A DNA stretch of 34,606 nt from a virus (IMGVR_UViG_3300046787_000667:1-34606), one strand, 5' to 3'. Counted from the first letter of the stretch, positions 1 through 8,716 are shown. Numbers and translations: made by a program. The notes: generated by a model not told the origin, from the letters alone.

Positions 1-1
1 T

Positions 2-208
2 CTCAATATTTTTGAATTAAGTGATTTTGATAAATGGAACAAATTATGTAAGTTCTTAGATATTAAAGAATCACCAAAAAATAACTTCCCTTTGTTCAAT
101 GATAAAAATAGTTTTGGTGAAGTAATTTTTGAAAATGGCAAGTTTTTAATAAGTGAACCAAGTGAAAGTTTTAATGACTGCTGGAAACCCTCGGATCCAT
201 TCAAATGA
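2..208 (+). CDS. C-terminal part of sulfotransferase-family protein (continuation of 34183..34606)
   Basis: Frame from nt 2 reads LNIFELSDFDKWNKLCKFLDIKESPKNNFP..., matching the W-x-x-LC-x-FL...P...FP tail of P-loop sulfotransferases; stop overlaps the next start (ATGA 205-208). Confidence 0.75.
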   Translation, partial: LNIFELSDFDKWNKLCKFLDIKESPKNNFPLFNDKNSFGEVIFENGKFLISEPSESFNDCWKPSDPFK

Positions 209-879
209 GAAAAATTGAAGCTATAACTATATGTGTTAATTATGCCCATGATTTTGTTTTTTGTGTTGAAAGAAATAAAAAACATTTTCATAGATGGTTA
301 GTTGTAACTACTTCAACTGATTTGGATACTATTGAGTTATGTAAAAAGCATAGCCTAGAAGTTGTGATATTTGATGGCTTTACTAATGCTGATGGTCCAT
401 TTCAGAAATCAAAAGGGATAAATGAAGCGTTAAGAAAAATTAATTTCGACAATGCTAAGAACAGTGATTTAATTTTACATATTGATGCTGATATTGTTTT
501 GCCAGAGAACTTTACTGAAAAGATTAATAGTAGTCCAATTAATTATCAGACTCTATATGGAATTGATAGAGCTTATGTAAAAGCCCCAATTACCAATGAA
601 AGAATTGATGAATTATTTTCAGTGATAAATAAATATCAGTTAAGGGGAAAGGGAACTGATGTTAATTTCGTATATGGCTTCTTTCAATTATTTTCGAAAA
701 AAGCTATAGTGGCACATGGACTAAGGTCTCAGAAGATGATTTATCCAGAATATAGTAGGGATGCCAGCTTTGATGACATAGTTTTTTCCAAGTTGTTTAG
801 AAAAATAGGTAGCTTTGATTTGACAGCGATTCATTTAGGAGAGTCGTATGTTAACTGGAAAGGATTGCCAGATGAATAA
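205..879 (+). CDS. GT-A fold glycosyltransferase (GT2-like)
   Basis: ITICVNY start strand, F-x-KSKGIN motif, LHIDADIVL DxD motif, GFFQLF and late DD...HLG motifs. Confidence 0.8.
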   Translation: MRKIEAITICVNYAHDFVFCVERNKKHFHRWLVVTTSTDLDTIELCKKHSLEVVIFDGFTNADGPFQKSKGINEALRKINFDNAKNSDLILHIDADIVLPENFTEKINSSPINYQTLYGIDRAYVKAPITNERIDELFSVINKYQLRGKGTDVNFVYGFFQLFSKKAIVAHGLRSQKMIYPEYSRDASFDDIVFSKLFRKIGSFDLTAIHLGESYVNWKGLPDE

Positions 880-897
880 TAAATTTAACCGAGGTGT

Positions 898-3800
898 ATG
901 ATGAGTAAATTTTTTAATTTAGCAAATGGAACAGCGATTAATGCTGGAATGGGAAATCGTAGTCAAATAATTAAATCTGGTACTGCACCTGTTCCTCCTA
1001 GTGGTTCCGCTTTCATATTTACCTATGATGGTGGCGCAGTACCAACTCTACAACTTGGTCTCGTCGAATTTAACACATATAATTTTACTGTTGATTATGG
1101 TGACGGAAGTCCAGTTGAAACAATCACTTCATACAATCAAGCAGAAGCCACCCATATTTATGCAGTACCAAATGTCTATAATGTGACTATTACTGGAACT
1201 TGTGAGAGATTGCTTTTCATGGATGGTGGTGTCAGTGTAAATGCAGTTCTAACAGTAGAACAATGGGGGGATATTGGAATAACTGACGCATATCAAGCAT
1301 TCCAACATTGTACAAATTTAACATCTGTAGCTTCAAATTTCTGGCCAAATGTTACATCAGTTCAAAATCTATTTTTTGGCACTTCTCTTGCATCTATTCC
1401 GACAGGATTTTTCAGTTCTAATAGTTCTGGTATTGTTGACCTAACACAATCATTTGCTGAAATTACTGAGCTGACTTCATTACCTATTGACCTATTTGAT
1501 GAATTAGTTAATTTAGCCAATTGTACTGGAACTTTTTCAAACTGTGGACTTACTTCGATTCCAGAGAATTTATTTTTAAATAATCCATTAACCACTCTGA
1601 ATAGTTGTTTTACTGGCTGTCCAATTACAGAAGTACCAGCAGGACTGCTGGCTGGACAAACAATTCTACAAGATGTAAATAATACTTTTGAATATTGTCA
1701 ACTTTTAACTACAGTTTATCAGTTGCTGTTTGATTCAACTTCTTCTTGTACATCGTTTGATAGTACATTTAAAGAAACATCAATTTCTGTTATTCCAGAC
1801 TTTTTCTTTGCAAGTTGTAATGCCGCAATTTCTTTCAACTCCACATTTGCAGATTGTCCAAATATTACTTATGTACATGATTCTATTTGGGGTTCAAAGG
1901 CTAACATAACAAGTTTCTCGAATTGTTTTGCAAATTGTACTGGAATAACTGGTATTAGTTCCTCAGTTTTCAATGGTATTTATACTACAAACCCAGATTT
2001 CAGTGGATGCTTTTATAACTGTAATTCATTAACAAGTATAGATGCAGGGTTATTCTCAACAGTTGTTTCTTCTAATTTTGCCCTTACATTTAATGATTGC
2101 ACCTCGCTAACTGATATTACTGATGGTGGTAGTTGGGTAATGACAAATGTGACTGATGCTACAGACATGTTTAATAATGTAACGCTCTCAACTGCATCAT
2201 ATAATAATATGTTGATTGGGTGGGCGGCACAATTCTTAACTGGTGGTGGTATTTCATTTAGTGGTGGTAACTCTCAGTTTAGCATGGAAGCATTTACTGC
2301 AAGAAATGATTTATTAATCACTAATTATTTTTGGGGTATTTCTGATGGCGGACAAGTATCTTCTGACGCATTTAACTTTACTTATGATTCATTTTTAGGC
2401 GGCGATTTAATATTACCACTCCCAAATACTGGAACCTATAATTTCGTGGTCGATTTTGGTGACGGAAATATTGAAACAATAACTGCATACAATCAAGCAG
2501 AAGCCACTCATACTTATGCCGTTACAGGTGTTTATAATGTATCTATACTTGGTAAATGTACCTCATGGCAATTCGCAATATCTGCTTCAAATGTAGGTGT
2601 TAGTTCAGTCACTCAATTTGGTAATTTATTGATTGATACATGTACTGGAGCATTCTCTGGTTGCAACACTTTAGTTACCATTACCGCTCCATTCTGGCCT
2701 AGTGTCATTGAATGTCAAGATATCTTCTTTGGATGTAGTAATTTATCAGAAATACCAGTCGGGTTCTTTTCAAATTCTGATAATACTATTACAACAATTC
2801 AAAATGCTTGGTACGATTGTAGTTCACTTTCAGTTATTCCAGAATCACTTTTTGTAGAAAACTCATATAGTCTAACCTACTTAAATGCGGCATTCAAAAA
2901 TACTGCAATTGTAACAGTAGAAGATGGATTATTTGCAGGATGCTCTAGTGTCTGGTCTGCTTATTCACTATTCGAAAATTGCACTTCTTTAACAACTGTC
3001 GAATCTGGTGCTTTTGCTGATATGACTGGATTGGATGATATAACTTCATTATTTGCTGGATGTAGCTCATTAAATAATTTACCCGCTGGACTATTTTCAA
3101 CGAATACGGTAATAACTCAAGCTCCATATGTTTTTGCAGATTGTACTCAATTAACCACTGGATTAGACAACCTGTTCTCTTCTTCTACTGGAATTCAATA
3201 TTTCAATAATGTTTTTGCAAATTGCACATCATTAGCGGAGATTCCTGACACAGTCTTCGGAACAAATTCTAGCGCATCTTCATTTAATGATGCGTTCAAC
3301 GGGTGCAGTTCCCTGAGTACGATTTATGGAACTATGTTTAGTGGATTAGGTGCAAGTAATATTTCATTTAATTCAGCATTCTATGCATGTAGTTTATTGA
3401 CTGATTTACCGTCAGCGTTATTTGATGGGGTTTCTGTAGGTTCACTTAATAGTACATTTAGTAATTCTGGTGTAATTAATGTAGCAGATGGAGGAAATTG
3501 GAATATTACTGCTTTGACTGATGCTAGTTCATGTTTTGATGGATGTACGATAAATATTAATGACTACACCATGTTAATTCACGGATGGGCAATACAAGCT
3601 GTTCAGTATGGTGTATCTTTTAGTGGTGGTAATTCTACTTATTGGGAAGTTGCTACACCATTTAGAGACCAGACTTTAATAGTTGAAAATGGATGGTCGA
3701 TTACTGATGGTGGTGTTAATGCAACTCCAGCACTAAATTTAACCATGCGGACAACTACCAACCCAGAAACACTTACACTGCCACTCCAATTGGGTTTCAA

Positions 3801-4770
3801 TTATGATTTCTTCGTACATTGGGGCGATGGTGTTGTAGAACATATAACTGGAGATACTGCAACTCATGAGTATTATATTGCGAGTGACTGGCAAATTAGT
3901 ATAGTTGGACAAACCATCAGTTATTTTGATTTTAGTGGTGGTGTTTCAAAGGATTCTTTAATATCAATTGACCAATGGGGTGGTTCAGTAGATAATATTG
4001 TTTCAATGAGCTTCGCCACTTGTATAAATCTAACCGATGTAAACGATGATAATTTCTATTCATATTTTGATGATACTTATATTCAACAGTTCTTTGCTGG
4101 ATGTGTTGCATTAGACAATGTACCAGCTACCCTGTTTGATAATCTGGGTACAAATATAACTTCCCCATTCTGTGTGTTTTTAGATTGTTATTCATTGCCT
4201 TCCATTGACCCATTAATGTTTTCAGTAAATACAGCCATAACTGAATTTATTGGTACATGGTCAGGATGCACATCAATAACCACAATTCCTACTGGATTTT
4301 TTGATACTTTTACAGGTCTTGTAGATGTTGGTAGTTGTTTTGAAAATTGCTCAGGATTAACTGCCATACCTGCAACATTATTCGCAACTAATTCTAGTTT
4401 AACATATGCATCTGCGTCTTTCAAAAATTGTACTAGCTTAACAGCCATCCCAAGCGGATTATTCGCTAGTAATTCTATGGTGTCATTTTTCCAGACTTTC
4501 CAAGGTTGTAGTAGTTTGGTTGACTGTCCAGATGCTGATGCTTGGGATATTACTGCATTAACGGACGGAACTGAAATGTTCGACGGTGTGACATTAAATA
4601 CAACTGATTATTCTAATTTATTAGTTGGTTGGGAAGCTCAAGCTCCTCTAACTGGTGTAACATTTAATGGTGGTAATTCTCTATATGATACCGCTGGTGA
4701 TGGAGCTAGAGCTAGTTTGACTGATACTGGAACCTACGCATGGGTAATTACAGATGGAGGACCAGCATAA
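898..4770 (+). CDS. Large surface/adhesin-like protein with three PKD + BspA/DUF285-type LRR modules; candidate receptor-binding appendage
   Basis: Three YNF-x-V-x-(Y/F/W)GDG...THxY PKD-like starts, many F-x-x-C-x-x-L-x-x-IP-x-x-LF repeats, three Y-x-x-(M/L)L-x-GW...F-x-GGNS...W-x-I-(S/T)DGG caps. Confidence 0.8.
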   Translation: MMSKFFNLANGTAINAGMGNRSQIIKSGTAPVPPSGSAFIFTYDGGAVPTLQLGLVEFNTYNFTVDYGDGSPVETITSYNQAEATHIYAVPNVYNVTITGTCERLLFMDGGVSVNAVLTVEQWGDIGITDAYQAFQHCTNLTSVASNFWPNVTSVQNLFFGTSLASIPTGFFSSNSSGIVDLTQSFAEITELTSLPIDLFDELVNLANCTGTFSNCGLTSIPENLFLNNPLTTLNSCFTGCPITEVPAGLLAGQTILQDVNNTFEYCQLLTTVYQLLFDSTSSCTSFDSTFKETSISVIPDFFFASCNAAISFNSTFADCPNITYVHDSIWGSKANITSFSNCFANCTGITGISSSVFNGIYTTNPDFSGCFYNCNSLTSIDAGLFSTVVSSNFALTFNDCTSLTDITDGGSWVMTNVTDATDMFNNVTLSTASYNNMLIGWAAQFLTGGGISFSGGNSQFSMEAFTARNDLLITNYFWGISDGGQVSSDAFNFTYDSFLGGDLILPLPNTGTYNFVVDFGDGNIETITAYNQAEATHTYAVTGVYNVSILGKCTSWQFAISASNVGVSSVTQFGNLLIDTCTGAFSGCNTLVTITAPFWPSVIECQDIFFGCSNLSEIPVGFFSNSDNTITTIQNAWYDCSSLSVIPESLFVENSYSLTYLNAAFKNTAIVTVEDGLFAGCSSVWSAYSLFENCTSLTTVESGAFADMTGLDDITSLFAGCSSLNNLPAGLFSTNTVITQAPYVFADCTQLTTGLDNLFSSSTGIQYFNNVFANCTSLAEIPDTVFGTNSSASSFNDAFNGCSSLSTIYGTMFSGLGASNISFNSAFYACSLLTDLPSALFDGVSVGSLNSTFSNSGVINVADGGNWNITALTDASSCFDGCTININDYTMLIHGWAIQAVQYGVSFSGGNSTYWEVATPFRDQTLIVENGWSITDGGVNATPALNLTMRTTTNPETLTLPLQLGFNYDFFVHWGDGVVEHITGDTATHEYYIASDWQISIVGQTISYFDFSGGVSKDSLISIDQWGGSVDNIVSMSFATCINLTDVNDDNFYSYFDDTYIQQFFAGCVALDNVPATLFDNLGTNITSPFCVFLDCYSLPSIDPLMFSVNTAITEFIGTWSGCTSITTIPTGFFDTFTGLVDVGSCFENCSGLTAIPATLFATNSSLTYASASFKNCTSLTAIPSGLFASNSMVSFFQTFQGCSSLVDCPDADAWDITALTDGTEMFDGVTLNTTDYSNLLVGWEAQAPLTGVTFNGGNSLYDTAGDGARASLTDTGTYAWVITDGGPA

Positions 4771-5240
4771 TGAGCTACTTAATTCCCGCAAGTTTATCAA
4801 GTTTAATTGTTCCAGCATATGGTCAAGTATATATGTACAATAATGCAACTGTAACAACCATTGCTAATACCACAAATTTCAATAAAATTCTTGGTACAAC
4901 CACTACAATTCACGATACCTTATTCATAGGAACAAATAATAGATTAACTTATAATGGAACGGTATTTCACCATTTTATTGTTAATGTTAATTTAACATTT
5001 ACAAGTACGGCTAATAATCAAATTGAAATAGGAATTTATTCATCTAATGGTGCTGGTGTATTATCTGGTTCCATTATAAAAACAACTACTTCATCTGGTG
5101 GAAGAGCCAATAATATAGCCACTCATTGTATAGTTGAATTGAATCCTAGTGACTATATTGAGATTCATATTAGAAATTTGACGGGTGCGAATAATATAAC
5201 AGTCGAAGACATGATAGTTGTTGCGGCGAAATTAATTTAA
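4770..5240 (+). CDS. Beta-rich protein resembling C1q/TNF/BclA C-terminal jelly-roll; likely virion fibre tip
   Basis: ATG at 4770 overlaps the upstream TAA; Thr/Asn-rich beta pattern ending VELNPSDYIEIHIRN. Confidence 0.5.
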   Translation: MSYLIPASLSSLIVPAYGQVYMYNNATVTTIANTTNFNKILGTTTTIHDTLFIGTNNRLTYNGTVFHHFIVNVNLTFTSTANNQIEIGIYSSNGAGVLSGSIIKTTTSSGGRANNIATHCIVELNPSDYIEIHIRNLTGANNITVEDMIVVAAKLI

Positions 5241-5278
5241 TAAACAGCGTAAAGCTAAATAAAAAGAGGTGAATTAAA

Positions 5279-5554
5279 ATGGGCGAATTTAATAGAGATT
5301 ATGCAGTAGATTCAACTACTGGGGGAACTGCGGCAGTAACTGCAAATTCCAATAGAAAAGAAGTAATATTCAGAAGCCAAGGTTCTGACCGTGTATTTAT
5401 TTCATTTGGCGAACCATGTGATGGCACTGGCACTTTCCTAGATACTAATGATGCATTCATCGTTGGTGGTGGAAGAGCTAAATGTAATGTTTATATGGCT
5501 TGTGCTAACTCTGGTGAGACTGCTGTAGTATCAATTGACGACTACCCTATCTAA
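5279..5554 (+). CDS. Small beta-rich protein, probable virion accessory
   Basis: Strong SD (GAGGTG), 91 aa, position in late operon. Confidence 0.5.
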   Translation: MGEFNRDYAVDSTTGGTAAVTANSNRKEVIFRSQGSDRVFISFGEPCDGTGTFLDTNDAFIVGGGRAKCNVYMACANSGETAVVSIDDYPI

Positions 5555-5588
5555 TTAAAATGGGTGATAAATACATGAGGTACGAATA

Positions 5589-5903
5589 ATGCCAGATGAA
5601 ACAAAAAGTCTTTTTGAAAAAGGTTTCAATACTGTTGTATCTGTATTAGTTACAATAAGTTTGGGATTAGGCTCTTATGGCCTAACACAAGTTATTACCC
5701 TAAAAAATGAAACATCAGTTCTAACTAATCAAGTTCATGAAGTGCAACAGGATATTTCAGAAATTAATAAAAATGTAACTAGTCTTTCTACTGATAAAGT
5801 AATTGATAAAATTAAACTTGATGTTTTGGGAGAAAAAATATCTAATATAGATTCAAGCCTAAAGGAAATGAAAGCGGATCTGAAAGAAGCGTTGAAAAAA
5901 TAA
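5589..5903 (+). CDS. Holin-like single-TM coiled-coil membrane protein
   Basis: Hydrophobic VVSVLVTISLGLGSYGLTQVI, then heptad coiled coil and basic C-terminus; SD GAGG. Confidence 0.5.
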   Translation: MPDETKSLFEKGFNTVVSVLVTISLGLGSYGLTQVITLKNETSVLTNQVHEVQQDISEINKNVTSLSTDKVIDKIKLDVLGEKISNIDSSLKEMKADLKEALKK

Positions 5904-5907
5904 ATTT

Positions 5908-5957
5908 GGGTGGTGGCTAATTGGTTATCTCCTTTTCCAGTTAGTCACCATCCTTTA
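5908..5957 (+). terminator. 17-bp stem-loop (terminator or attenuator-like)
   Basis: GGGTGGTGGCTAATTGG (5908-5924) pairs with CCAGTTAGTCACCATCC (5937-5953) using three G-U pairs; 12-nt loop; short T tail. Confidence 0.55.
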
Positions 5958-5974
5958 TCTCTGAGGATTTTAAA

Positions 5975-6868
5975 ATGAAAAACTTTACCACGATTGTTAT
6001 TGCGTTTATTTTTTGTTTAAGTGTTTTATTTGGATGTAAAAATATATCTGAAAAAGAACTAAACAAAGATAAAATATATTCAGAAGAAAAGAAAACTGAA
6101 ACTGAAACTGCTGTTAATGATGCCAATACTAATTTAGTGGAACATAAAGCATCAGCAGATATTGTTATTACATCAGCAGGAGCCATTAGGAAGGCATCGG
6201 AAGATACAATCAAGTCAACACCTGAAGTAACACCTCAAGTGCGTAAAAATCAATTTGAAATTATTAAATCTGCTGATACCATTTTAAAAACTACACCACT
6301 GATGGTTGATGAAGCCAACAATATCAATAATGGTTTAAAGATTCAAATTGATTCATTGAAGACTTGGATACAGGAAGTAGAAGACCAAAACTTAAAAAAC
6401 CAAGATGCTTTTAGTTTAGAAAAAAAAGAATATGAAAAAAACATTTCGGCTCTTTTAGAAAAACAAAAAGAGTTAGAACTTCAAATTGAATCACTTCATA
6501 AAGGTTTACTGTATAAAATTCTGACGATATGTATACTAATTGCAATTTGTGGTATACCATTAGCAATTTATGTGAGTCCAAAGCTAGGAATTGGTGTAGG
6601 ACTCTGTGGCACTATAGGTGCTTCGCTTTGTATATTTTTAATTAAATACTTAATGCCTATCGCAATTGGTGTGGGTATATCAGTTATTGTTGCTGGAATC
6701 ATTGCTTTAGTAATTCATTTAAAAAATAAGAAAGCACTAACCGAAGTTGTGAAATCTTTCCAGTTCCAAAAAGACAAAGTCTGGGAAGATGAACAGAAAG
6801 CTGTAATATCACTGTTACAAAGTCCTGAAACTAAAAAAGTTGTGGAGGACATAAAGGCAAAACTATGA
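5975..6868 (+). CDS. Lipoprotein with coiled coil and C-terminal TM helices; spanin-like candidate
   Basis: Signal peptide with LFGC lipobox, long helical region, about three C-terminal hydrophobic helices. Confidence 0.55.
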   Translation: MKNFTTIVIAFIFCLSVLFGCKNISEKELNKDKIYSEEKKTETETAVNDANTNLVEHKASADIVITSAGAIRKASEDTIKSTPEVTPQVRKNQFEIIKSADTILKTTPLMVDEANNINNGLKIQIDSLKTWIQEVEDQNLKNQDAFSLEKKEYEKNISALLEKQKELELQIESLHKGLLYKILTICILIAICGIPLAIYVSPKLGIGVGLCGTIGASLCIFLIKYLMPIAIGVGISVIVAGIIALVIHLKNKKALTEVVKSFQFQKDKVWEDEQKAVISLLQSPETKKVVEDIKAKL

Positions 6869-6954
6869 AAGAAGATTGTCGAGCTATTCTGACGGGTATG
6901 ATTGTTGGGTTGATAATTTGTTTGGTAGGATTATTGATTATAGCAGTATTCTAA
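6865..6954 (+). CDS. 29-aa single-TM peptide MKEDCRAILTGMIVGLIICLVGLLIIAVF
   Basis: ATGA overlap with the upstream gene; one uninterrupted hydrophobic helix; below the ORF-track cutoff. Confidence 0.5.
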   Translation: MKEDCRAILTGMIVGLIICLVGLLIIAVF

Positions 6955-7033
6955 TTAAGTAATCGCAGGACTACAACTGCACGGGATAGGTGATTAGCAT
7001 GTATTCCAAATTTAAAACATGTCTCTGATATGT

Positions 7034-7076
7034 AAAAAGAAAAGCACTAGAACTTAATCTAGTGCTTTTCAGTTTT
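7034..7076. terminator. Bidirectional intrinsic terminator between the convergent arms
   Basis: Perfect 13-bp inverted repeat GAAAAGCACTAGA (7039-7051) / TCTAGTGCTTTTC (7058-7070), with T tracts on both strands. Confidence 0.85.
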
Positions 7077-7173
7077 GATGGTAGGATTCGAACCTACGGT
7101 AGTCGAGTTTCTATCCTCATTAGCGAACTCACAGGGTCAACTGTGTGCAATAAACCTCTCTGCCACATCAAAA
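7073..7173 (-). tRNA. Atypical type II tRNA-like RNA (Ser-like; 6-nt anticodon loop, very long extra arm)
   Basis: Minus strand: TTTTGATG/CATCAAAA acceptor, TGGCAGAGAGGTTTATTGCA D-arm, CACAG-TTGACC-CTGTG anticodon arm, ~32-nt variable region, GTAGG-TTCGAAT-CCTAC T-arm; no encoded CCA. Confidence 0.7.
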
Positions 7174-7175
7174 TT

Positions 7176-7364
7176 TTATTTATAACTATCACTTTCTAAA
7201 ATACAATCATTACACAACCATCCATCACCACATTCAGGACAAACCTCTCTACCACACTTAGAACACGAATAAGTTAAATTTCTATCACACCATGGTTGAG
7301 AACATATATCACAAAACCCCATTACATCGTCACTGTAATGATTTTCATCGTTATCATCACTCAT
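7176..7364 (-). CDS. Small Cys-rich zinc-finger protein
   Basis: CDIC...CSKC...CPEC...CNDC in 62 aa; SD AGGTG. Confidence 0.65.
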   Translation of the reverse strand: MSDDNDENHYSDDVMGFCDICSQPWCDRNLTYSCSKCGREVCPECGDGWLCNDCILESDSYK

Positions 7365-7377
7365 TTTTCACCTGTTA

Positions 7378-7671
7378 TTAATAAGCGTTTAAGTGTTGAT
7401 TTACACCAAACACACAAGAACCAACAACCATATCTAAACCATAAATATTAATACCTTTATTAATCTCAAACCAATCATATTCCTTAATGTAGTTTTTATA
7501 ATGAACACCATGTTTTGGGCGTTTTTCTATAAAGGTTATTGTGAATTTGAAATGTTCACTATCAATAAACTCTGACCATTCAGGTAAACCTTTAAACATT
7601 ATATTTTTCTTACTGCAATGAGATTCAAAAGATTTAATAAATTCACGATAATTTTTCATATCGGTGTTCAT
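7378..7671 (-). CDS. Hypothetical early protein
   Basis: 97-aa ORF coupled by ATGA overlap to the upstream small ORF. Confidence 0.6.
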   Translation of the reverse strand: MNTDMKNYREFIKSFESHCSKKNIMFKGLPEWSEFIDSEHFKFTITFIEKRPKHGVHYKNYIKEYDWFEINKGINIYGLDMVVGSCVFGVNQHLNAY

Positions 7672-7796
7672 ACTTCAAAACTCCAAGTAGCTTCTTCACG
7701 GATCCGTTCCAAATAAGCCTGCTCATCGGCAAGCATTTGGGTGAAGAACAATTCAAGTTCGGTTTCGTTCATTTCTGGGATGATGCTGTAGTTCAT
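7668..7796 (-). CDS. 42-aa acidic early peptide MNYSIIPEMNETELELFFTQMLADEQAYLERIREEATWSFEV
   Basis: Follows the repeated promoter/leader directly; ATGA overlap with the next gene; missing from the ORF track. Confidence 0.7.
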   Translation of the reverse strand: MNYSIIPEMNETELELFFTQMLADEQAYLERIREEATWSFEV

Positions 7797-7806
7797 GGTG
7801 CTGTCT

Positions 7807-7866
7807 CTCGTTTTGGATTTTACTGATAAGGTAGGTAAACCGTTTGCTTACCTACCTATATAATAC
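7807..7866 (-). repeat. 60-bp leader repeat copy 1 (-10 box, stem-loop, RBS region)
   Basis: Identical to 8387-8446; contains AGGTAGGTAA/TTACCTACCT hairpin. Confidence 0.95.
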
Positions 7867-7887
7867 ATGGTATATTACATAATGCAA
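7860..7887 (-). promoter_or_regulatory. Sigma70-like early promoter
   Basis: TTGCAT-N16-TATTAT on the minus strand, immediately before the leader hairpin. Confidence 0.65.
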
Positions 7888-7896
7888 TACATTATG

Positions 7897-8376
7897 TTAT
7901 ACATTTATTTGTTCCCCATTATTTTTTTCGGGTTCCTGTATTTTATACTTGTTAAACTCCTCTTCTATTTTTTTCAACTGTTCTTCATCAGTTTGATTTT
8001 CGGTCCATGTCAACCATCCAATTAATAAACCAACAGGAAATTCATATTTATTTTTTGCTGTAGGATATTTTTCTAATAAATCTGGTGTAAGAAAATAAAT
8101 ACCTTCGTAGTACCATTGACAATCAATTTTAGGGTTGGTGTTAGGGTGATTTGTAATTCTTGCTGGACCCTCATTACGATGTTGTACACCATCTTTAGCC
8201 CAAGCCATGTGGTAACCACAATTATCAAACATTATCGAACTTGGTTTTCCATCAAATGAATGTTCGATTTTTTCACCATTATCATTTTTATATCCAGTGT
8301 AAAATCTAGTTGCATAAAAACCACCAAGTTCATCACCATAAAAACAATTCTTCTTTTTCCACTTAATAGCTTTCAT
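7897..8376 (-). CDS. Protein with HR-x-x-GPA type repeats (function unknown)
   Basis: HSFDGKPSSI and WAKDGVQHRNEGPARI...WYYEG motifs. Confidence 0.6.
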   Translation of the reverse strand: MKAIKWKKKNCFYGDELGGFYATRFYTGYKNDNGEKIEHSFDGKPSSIMFDNCGYHMAWAKDGVQHRNEGPARITNHPNTNPKIDCQWYYEGIYFLTPDLLEKYPTAKNKYEFPVGLLIGWLTWTENQTDEEQLKKIEEEFNKYKIQEPEKNNGEQINV

Positions 8377-8386
8377 AATACTGGTC

Positions 8387-8446
8387 CTCGTTTTGGATTT
8401 TACTGATAAGGTAGGTAAACCGTTTGCTTACCTACCTATATAATAC
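8387..8446 (-). repeat. 60-bp leader repeat copy 2
   Basis: Identical to 7807-7866. Confidence 0.95.
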
Positions 8447-8467
8447 GACATATGTTACACATTACAA
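8440..8467 (-). promoter_or_regulatory. Sigma70-like early promoter
   Basis: TTGTAA-N16-TATTAT on the minus strand; same geometry as 7860-7887. Confidence 0.65.
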
Positions 8468-8482
8468 GTGAATGTATAACAT

Positions 8483-8716
8483 TTATTTTTGTTCCCCATT
8501 ATTTTCGAATTGTTCTGTAACCACTTTATACTTAGGTAATTTGAAATGGGGGTCTTCTGATATTTTAATTAACGCCAGTTTGGCTTCGGAATCATCCCAT
8601 TGATATTCGGCATACTTGCTAAATCTACCTTCACTAAAGGCCATACGCACCATTCCTTCCAATAATCTGATGGTGCTTTCATATTTTATTATTTCGACTT
8701 CTGATAATGTATCCAT
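8483..8716 (-). CDS. Hypothetical early protein
   Basis: 77-aa ORF with AAGGGG SD; tightly packed in the operon. Confidence 0.6.
   Translation of the reverse strand: MDTLSEVEIIKYESTIRLLEGMVRMAFSEGRFSKYAEYQWDDSEAKLALIKISEDPHFKLPKYKVVTEQFENNGEQK

Noticed and set aside
898-4770. Diversity-generating retroelement target
   Set aside because: No reverse transcriptase and no template/variable repeat pair differing at adenines; similarity reflects module duplication.
7073-7173. attP/tRNA integration site or tRNA-Sec
   Set aside because: No integrase and no duplicated tRNA end; the anticodon loop lacks UCA on the tRNA strand.
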